From Iphione sp. A-MEVVRFRX5 (taxonomy: Eukaryota): DNA of 64,000 nt. The notes under the pieces were generated by a model. The model saw only the letters and a list, made by a program, of their open reading frames with translations. It did no database searches and was not told the origin of the DNA. Position 1 is the stretch's first letter, and each line of letters begins with the position of its first letter. Of the stretch, positions 53,901 to 62,900 are shown in pieces. Location: positions 48,918,001 to 48,982,000 of the forward strand of contig OZ320314.1 of NCBI GenBank assembly GCA_976226885.1, in the 5' to 3' direction. Both the position numbers and the translations under genes were made by a program.

Positions 53901-56900
53901 CGCACTCTTGGCCATTATCCCCAGCACGGTGGTCGATCTGACAGTAGGTAATGGCGATGCCAACATCCCTATCAGAGGGCTTTACACATAATGGTATCAC
54001 GAAAGGTTGGGAGAATAATTTTGCTGAGCTGCTCGAAACTGCTCGTCGTCCTGACATTGGAGTTACTTGCTCATTTGTCATCGATAGACCCTTACGCACG
54101 ATACAATTTTCTTGAACTGAATGTGGTTCAAACCGTTTATAAAGGGAATGCTCGGTAGGAAAAGCACCACATTTTCTCCATCTAATGTGTATGCCAGCCA
54201 GGTTTTGCTCAACAGAACCAACGGAATTCGATCACACCAGGAGTGGTGGTACCGACCAATGGCGGGGCGCGCCACAATTATGTAAGAGTTCGCATCACTC
54301 ATTTTTTTGGTGTAACACGAGTGCACTAACACCGCACTAAAAATTATATTCTTTTGTTGCTTATCTATACTTAAAAAATGAAAACCCGGTGCTGAGGACT
54401 TTCACACATAGTGACATGGCAACTTTTCTACCCAAATGATCAGAAAAAAATACACTGATGAGGTTTTTGAAACAGCGGTAGCTGGTAGCGGCAAACACTT
54501 GCCCGTCGCCTTGGATATTATATCTCGAACACAATACAAGTTAGAGCTAATGGCCTAACGATGTCTGTGGTTGAGGTTCAAGGCAACCGGCCATAGAGCA
54601 TGGGTGCTCCTAGATTAAAGCTCTCGTCAAAGCTCCACCAGTGGGGCGAGACCCTCTCGGTCGCATGTGCTGTAAGCGAGCGGGCGCGGGCTTTAGCCTT
54701 CCCCCAACAAGGTGACATTATGGCGGGACCCAGTGAGCTGTGAAAATGGCATTCAGAGCATTCTGCTCTCTGCTTCCAGCAGGCCGATCCTGGTTAGCCT
54801 AGAATCTTTCATCCCCAGCCAAATTTTGCCTTTCTGGAGCCACGTGTCACCCACGTGGAAAATAACCCCAGTCGGGCGAATACGCACAGTTAACCGGGGA
54901 GTAAAAAATTTCCGAGCGCTTTCAAAAGTATGCCAGCAGCGCCAATTCATAGCCGATAGGTATGCATATGACGAAATTAAATGAAAGTAGAATTTGACAT
55001 TTGATTACTTTTTTTGTTCTTCTACGGATTGCATTTTTTGCGTTTGCATCTTACATGTATTGAATCAGGATTTGCCCCGAGTCTCACACATTTCAGTTAA
55101 CAGTACTTAGCATAGATACAAGTGCAAAATTAGTAAAGGGTTAGTGACCATTGTAGCACTTATCTATGATGTGCAGCATAATACAATTTATAAAGTGAAG
55201 TATTTTGGACAGCTTTCCTATTAGTCGTCTTAATTTTATTTGTAGGTGCGTTGTTACAAACGGCCAAGAAAGTAATCTGATAAAATTTTAGGACCTTATA
55301 AACTAGAGAAAAATAAAAATTGCATTCTTACATGATGGTAGTTAGATTTAAGGCATTCCATTTCAAATATTTGACCTTATTGAATTGATCATTCATGCCT
55401 TTAGGTATTTGTTATGAAAAATTGAGGAAAATCAAAAAAGAAATCTAAAGGCCTCAAAAATGGACATTGATGCCAAAATGCAAATTCAGTGAAGTTATAC
55501 AAAACGTATTTGGCGAAAATACGACTTGTAAAGTTTTCGCAATATTGTAATTGCCGAAATTCGACAGGTTCCAAAATACATAAAGAAGAAAATATCACAT
55601 GACAAAATTTAAATTCCCATTCCCAAACAGTCAATTGTTATCCAAAGGCAGAATCTGTATAAAGGCAAAGTGACAAAAAAATCAGATCCTCCACCTTTAA
55701 ACCTTTTTGGTCGCGTTAGGAAATCTCACAGACTTGCCAGAGAATGTAAAACAAAGAAATATAATCAATGGAATTAATAGAAAGAAAAACGAGTAGAGGG
55801 GACTAAAATTAGTGTCGGACGGTGGTTAACCAAAGACAAAAAAGGCCTTGTCTTATACGTACTTGGTATTCCCGAGACCAACTTGAGGGGTCTCAATACT
55901 CTGACGGCTCGAAGCGTTCTCAAATCAAAGTTATCTCCAGAATTCCCCCCACTAACAGACAAGGTTATAAACCTAAAAGATGGAGAAAAAAATAAGCAGG
56001 AACCTTGGTCAGGATCGGACAAAGACATCACATAGGTAATGAGCCTTTTGTAAAGGCAACATAGATTAAATCAATGATCTTCTCGTGGGTGAGGGAGTGA
56101 GGGTTCCTTCGCATCGCCTCCAAGACGTGGAGGTGGGAAGGTGAAGTGAGGACGGAGGCCTGCCTTGACCTCCAGCAAGGGGTCGCGGTAGGACGCAGAG
56201 AGGGGACGGGGTGGACTTGGGGTCCATTGCGGAGGGTTACAGCGTCCACTGCTGGTCGATGATCACTCGCTAAAAAGCATTCATCAACCAGAAACCTGAG
56301 TGACTACTTGGCAAGGTAGCGTCACACCCACAGTTGCAACGTTAATCAGAGGCAATCAGGCACACAACGTTTTTTTAAAGGAAATAGAAATGCCGATAAA
56401 ATGCCTGCTATTTCTGAAAGATAAACCGGAAACTTCATTGAAATGGTTCGATTACAATCATACAGCAACCATACCTAGTTGTCACGCAGGTGCTGTTGCA
56501 AGAAAAGGCACTTTTATTGAAAAGGGCAACGAAAATGAATTTTAAGAGGTCCAGGGAGGATCGAGGCAGTAGAGGAAATCCACCTAGACGGAGGAAAAAA
56601 AGTCGGGAGGATCACGTGAAAACAAGTTATGTGTAGAGTTGGGGTTTTAAAGAAAGACGATGATTCTTGGCTATGTAGCAGTTATGGCTTGGTAACTGGT
56701 GTGTAGAGGTATATTGTTCTCTCTCTTCATACTCACTGCAAACTTTCAATGCGCAGGAGGGTCCAGGGACACGGTCCTTTGACTATAGAAACTCCAAGCT
56801 GGCTTCGACTTCACTTTATGAGCATTTGGTTCGGTCGTTGTGTACTTGCCTGTTTTCTGTTTACTTTTAGTCATGTTGGACGCATCGTTCGAATACAGGT

Positions 56901-59900
56901 AATTGTCTACCTAATTTACCGGATTATTTAAGGATACTATGCGGTTATTGGTAGCTATCTGCTTAATACTAGAAGGCATTAATGTCCATATGGGATGGGT
57001 AACCTGTGTAACATTTAGAGGGAATTTGCTTTTGTTGGCGTGAAATGGATTGTTTGTAGCTTCCATCTCCGGTTTCAATTTTTGAAGGATATCTTTTCTG
57101 ATGTCCCTCTTTACTGTACTTTACTGTGCCTTTCGAAAATGGCTATGAGATTCATACATGTGTAAGGCCCTAGTGATCCTCTGATCATTTTTCAGAAGCT
57201 CATTAAATTCCCGCTTGCATAAACGACTATCAAACCAATTGGATTCTTTTCTCCTTTCCGTTGCGGTTACGCCAATTAAACTGACTTACTGATTGTTCCA
57301 GCTTGTTTAATTCCATGAAATGTCGTGTTTTATATCTTATGACAGAATATAGTGCAATCTTTTTTTTTTCAAATTTCTCTAACCCTGATGGACCGAAGCG
57401 GAGGGGGTACACACTCGCCAACAGTCGAAGTTGAGGCGGTGGCGGCTCGGACAGTTGCCTCGGTCATCGACCCCGCCCATCGCTGATTTCCCACGTGCCG
57501 TGCTGACCATTTCAATGACCAGTCTGTCTCTCACCGTCACTGGGTAAGCCCAACACAGTAGGTCGGTCGAGAAGCGGGGAAGCGGGGAAGCAAACCTATG
57601 GGGTGGAGAGGCAGTGGTAGGGTGGTCTGGTGGTGGTGGCGTTGGTGGTGATGGTGGGAGACAGATGATGACAATGATGGTGGCCAGCATCACCAGCGGC
57701 GCAAGTGGCGGTCCTAGGGCAGTTTTTTGTTTCAGTGCACAAGCCATTCCACATATTATGGCGCCTGCATGACATACACAAGCAAACCAACTTACGCACA
57801 CACACAAACACACACATGCTCCAACACACACATTATCAATGCACGCGCCATATATGCAGTCCCTCCTCCGTGTGCCACTGCGTACTTGTCACGCCTGTAC
57901 CATCACTCCCGATGAGCTGCTCTCTCGACTTCTCTCTCGTTTTAACTCAATGCTCCCCGGCCGAGTCTGACGGGATGCAGGCGCCATTAATACCGCAGGA
58001 TTGCTTTTGATGGCAGATGCTGTGTCAGCGGCTGACATGACGCCAGTGTGCGCATTATTTGGCCAGCATGCAGTTCTGCAAGGCCCAACAGCGTGTCCTG
58101 GGCATCTCTAAGGCCCCGTTCAAATACAACCGGACAAAAAATCCTTCCCCGGACACAGGTGCAGAGAATACCCCCTGCAGATATTGTTGTTAATTGATCA
58201 CATATGCTCACCAGATGTATTTTACTATAGGCTCTTATGGAATCTGGATCCGGATCCGGACAAAATCCATGCTCAATGGGTTCACATTCTGTGTTCACAT
58301 GCGGACACAGAATGTGAACCCAATATCTGTATGTATGTGAACCCAATATCTGTATGTATGTGAATGCCTTCAATAGTATAGGAGGGCTGGAGAAATATCC
58401 ACACCCGTGTCCAGACGCGGAACGGAAATATCCGGTTGTATGTGAGAGGGGCTCGAGAGGCAGGAATACCAACTGCCCATTAACAATGCTTTCCTCATCT
58501 TCCACCCGCTATGTCCCGAGGCTGGCCCCCTTGAGCACTTTCCTAATGATAAAGGGCTACCCTGGGAAATCACAATGAGCAATGCTGAATATTGTCAACA
58601 ATATTTATCGCGAGGCATTGTCTGTCCGGCTTGTACGTCATATACAAGATAACGCCTAACAAGACGGGAGGAAATGTTCATCAAACCTCTTTACCCTTAC
58701 TAAGCTGTGTTTTGAACTGTCGATTTCCTACAGGCAATCCATACGTGAAGCTACTTTTACTAAAGAGGTATTAATTTCTATAATTAGAGTCTATATTTCG
58801 GTTCTCTTGCTTGCTTTCCATGGCTACAGCTCTTGGCTTCCGACTGCCATGATGTTTCTATTGAGGGTACGGTAACGCCTGTGCGATACTATAACTACTC
58901 CATGTACATCCCAGTCAGCTAACACTCATTGTACTCGGTGCTGATCATTCACTGCTCTAATTAATAACAATGAACCGGTGAGCCCGGGCATCTAGTAGGC
59001 TAGTGGTACCAAGCACGCATCGGGGGCGCACAACTGTATAAATTATGTTAGAAAAACTACACTGTAGCACTGTGGTTCTTCGGCAAGGACAGTTTATGTG
59101 AAGGAAATATGGACTATGTGTACCACATCAACGACAACGAACTGACACGTACCTACGTGCTACGATACCAGAACGCATTATATATGTGAACAGTCGATAG
59201 GCACTAGTGTTTGCACGGCAAATATTGCAGTCAAATATGTACAGATATATATGGGCACAGACAATGGTAAAGGTATAGCACTGACTAGAATACTCAGTTA
59301 CACTATAGGGCTTCTTAGATCGATGTTGAAGGTGAAACCACCTTGGTCAGGGAGGGGTTGGGGATGGAAAGGTGATCGTTATTTACCTAACTAGAGCTAC
59401 TGCTCTGGATCTAAAGCCTAGAATAGCATCTCATGGCAGGGCAAGGCTATCACGGGAGGTCAACAGAGAGACAGTGTAATTGCAAAGGAATTTGAACCTC
59501 CAAAAATTCTATTATTTTAAGAAGAAAAAATAATCACAGTTCACATGAGATTCCGTTATTCAAAACGTATGATCCAGGAAAAGTGTTGCCTACCAACAGG
59601 TTTTCTTTGAACAAAAAGAAAACAAAAAAACCTGTGCATCTGCATGCAAAAATCAATGATTTTCTTTCAATAACCGATACATTTTGATTGAGATATACGC
59701 CTCAAATTTGTTGTATGGAAAAATCGGTCGGCAGCATTAGTAATTAAGTCAAACTAAAATACAAAGGCAGAGGGAGACAGAATGTATTGTCCTTGCCCTG
59801 CGGTGGTGATACATTTCTAAGCAACAGATTTCTATAACTGATAAGTGTACTGACCTTTCTAGTTCCAATTTCTTACTCACTACTTTTACTAACAATGATT

Positions 59901-62900
59901 ACCAAGTTTCACTGAAACCATATCTTTTTTTTTGAGATTTGGAACCAAATCATGAAAATATGCCGGCTTAAATTTAGACCTTGAGATTTTGAGGCCGAGA
60001 TAGGTACACACCATGATGAGTTCTATTATACGAGTAAGGGGATCCTTCGGGGATGGGGGAATTTACCATGTACGCGACGTAATTAAGTCCCTTAAACATC
60101 ACATACATGGTGAATTCCTGAAATACAGGTATTTGAATATAAATGCCAGTCCTCGTCCCATACTAGACGATGTGCAGCATACCATGGTTTTGGATTTGTA
60201 GAAGTAACATTTTCTTACTGACGTGTTCTCTACTGAAGGGGCAGTGATAATGAATCTGTGATCCTACTTGTTCTAAAACTGGGAGGTTGGCTAACTCAAA
60301 GAGGGCCTCTATCAATTTGAATGAAATAGCTTGGAATACAATCGCACCTAATACTCCACTTACAATACGCATACGATATACACATGCACGTGTTAAGCAA
60401 CATGTGTATATGCGTAAGCATAATGAAGGATATCGCGAAAGGAACGCTTAAATTGAATTAAAATCACTATGGCAGCTAGCAAGTAGGGAACCATAAGCGC
60501 GTTAGCTTATGTTCCGCAGTGAAATGCAAACATGCATAAAGGTATATGTGTTTTGGTATATGCAATTCAATAAATGACGTTGTAGCAGCAAACGCTCACA
60601 ACCATGGCCACTTTGGCGAGAGTTTGAGAAGCACGGAATTGATCGTAAAAAGCAATGAGAGCGGTGTTATGTTGTTGATATATTGAGGTGAGAATGAAAT
60701 TAACATGGTGTTGGAATTTTCAGGAGTCTTTTAAGGAAGTATTTCATTGTCTGTAATTAGGACTAATCAGAGCTTGCCCTTGTCTTAGTGATTGTTCGAT
60801 TGGTTTCGGATAAACAAATCAATGCGTTTTCAAACTGATTCAGATTAGCGAGCGTGGATCACCGTTTGCATTGAGCGCATGCGCCAACGGAAGGAAAGCA
60901 ATCGATTTTTGTGCATTTGCGATTGTGTCCTGGGACAGCTTTTTAATTGTCGTGAAGGAAAAAGGAACTGTTTAAAGATGTGTGGCTGTGAGATGTATAT
61001 GTTTGAAAGTAAAATTAAAACTTAAAACAGGAGTAAAATATACATATATATAGTACTGCGTCCACTTGAGACAAAGGTCTGTGATCACTTACTTTCAAAC
61101 CCCGTAACCAATTTGAGGGGACGTAAAACCCTTATTGCTCTTAAGGCCGGCTGATCAAAGTTTTCACTAAATAATGCAAGTAACCTGTAGGGAATAGAAG
61201 TAGTAACAACAGACAATGTTAAACAGTCAGATTCACGTGACGAGGTCGGGCGACAAAACGGCGCCATCTGCTGGGAGAAAGAGAAAACACAAAAAGGAGA
61301 GATCATTTGAACACTACTGACAACATCTAACGGACAACATCTAAGCAGTTTAACGTCAAAGTTAACGCAAGGGACTTAAGAATTCATGACTTCTTTCTTG
61401 TTTGGAAGTGCGTGATTTCTATGTGTAAAACTTGTGACATTCGCGCATGAATTCGAAACATGTTTGTATCATTGTGATGATTTATGAAGGGCATTCAGTA
61501 CGAGAGAATGTCGGAGAATGCATTCTAATAAAAGAAAAGTGATTGGTGTCAAATAAGAGCATTTGTGAGTTTACATTCTATAAGGATATCATTTGTCATG
61601 AGCTCTTTTGCAACAACATTATCACAATATATTTCTGTGATAAGAAATAGATATGACAGTTTTTTTCTTATCCATTTGGGAACGCAGGCCAGAGGTCCAG
61701 AGGTAATGGACGAACATATTTAATTGGTAAATGAAAAGCTTTCGCTCTTCCTCTCGGGACCGGTAGCATCTTCCCAAAAGGAAAGACACTTATAATGACT
61801 AGCACGAGAGCAAACAAGATAACTACAAGCACATTCGTTTTACTTGTTGAGCCTCATTGATCCCCATGCGCAAGGTTGTAACATTAGAAGTGGAGTACTA
61901 CTCAATTTCAGTTTATACGTATGTGCTTCCAGCCATCGGCATTTGCGGAAAGTAACTGGCGTAACAAGACACCGTGACCTAGATCGGTTTAAGTGGCTTT
62001 TAGACTTAGCAGAGAGCATCTTTACTCGGTCTGAACCCGACTCAGTGAGCCTGACAAGCTTTACTTCTACTTTTGAGGATTATGTGGGAGGCCTGGTCGA
62101 TGCTGCGGTTAAATCCATGCCAAGCAACCGTCCAGGGCTTCCGAACAAAGGATACAAGTTTCAGGCAGTGACACGGACATAAATATCGGCTCTCATTCAA
62201 AAAAGGTAGAAACCAAGGTTGTAAAGAAACGCTGGCTATAATTAGACAACAAATGGCACGGCGCAACCTGAAACGGTAGCATCGAAATGTCGGCCTTGTT
62301 TGGTTCCAGGCAAATTCAAGGTAACATTTGAAGCTAAACAATTGACAGATTCCATCATAATTAAAGCAGTATGAGCATCAGCAAATCGATTACTACAGTT
62401 TCTACTGAATAATGTGTGATCTTTATAAGGTATGAAATATCAATAAATTAATTGTGTATCAATATTCTACAGTATTGATATTAACAATTAGCAAACATAG
62501 ATTACCACTATAAAGCTACGTTTTTATAATAATAATAATAAAAATCTCAGAGTAATGTTGGCTTCTACACATATATTTTGGAGAAGATAACTTATGTTTT
62601 TATTATAGAAATCCGATAAATACCGCTTAGCTATTTACTATCTATATTGAAACAAGATTATTCTACGTTTACGGTACCACTATGCCTCATCATAACGGTA
62701 GCGTAGATGAAATGGAAGCCAGCCTGATGAGCTTGTAGCTATAAAGCTGTGCACAATGCTGCAAAAATTATCACCTACCCCGTAACCACGACCACAAAAT
62801 CCATTATGTTCCAAACGTTTCGTAGGTAGGCCCCTTTGTGTAGTACAAATCCTAGTGCAACGATTTTTAATAAAGCTTCTACACAGAAAATTCCTAGGAA

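Noticed and set aside
54096-54110. 15-nt AG...gtaagg segment after IS4 exon B
   Set aside because: Weak acceptor, and it would interrupt the invariant S4-S5 linker.
57379-58505. Overlapping 100-170 aa ORFs on both strands
   Set aside because: Explained by CA/CCA low-complexity sequence and a MITE; no recognisable domain or phase-compatible splice sites.
60268-60358. Hydrophobic 91-nt exon-like block between the two IS4 exons
   Set aside because: No S4 charge pattern, and it ends in phase 0 rather than phase 1, so it is not a third IS4 copy.
3262-61592. Additional (G/A)TATCCTT strings on the minus strand (about 3270, 31610, 56935, 61588)
   Set aside because: Not at ends of any supported exon and no matching U12 branch sites; consistent with chance in AT-rich DNA.
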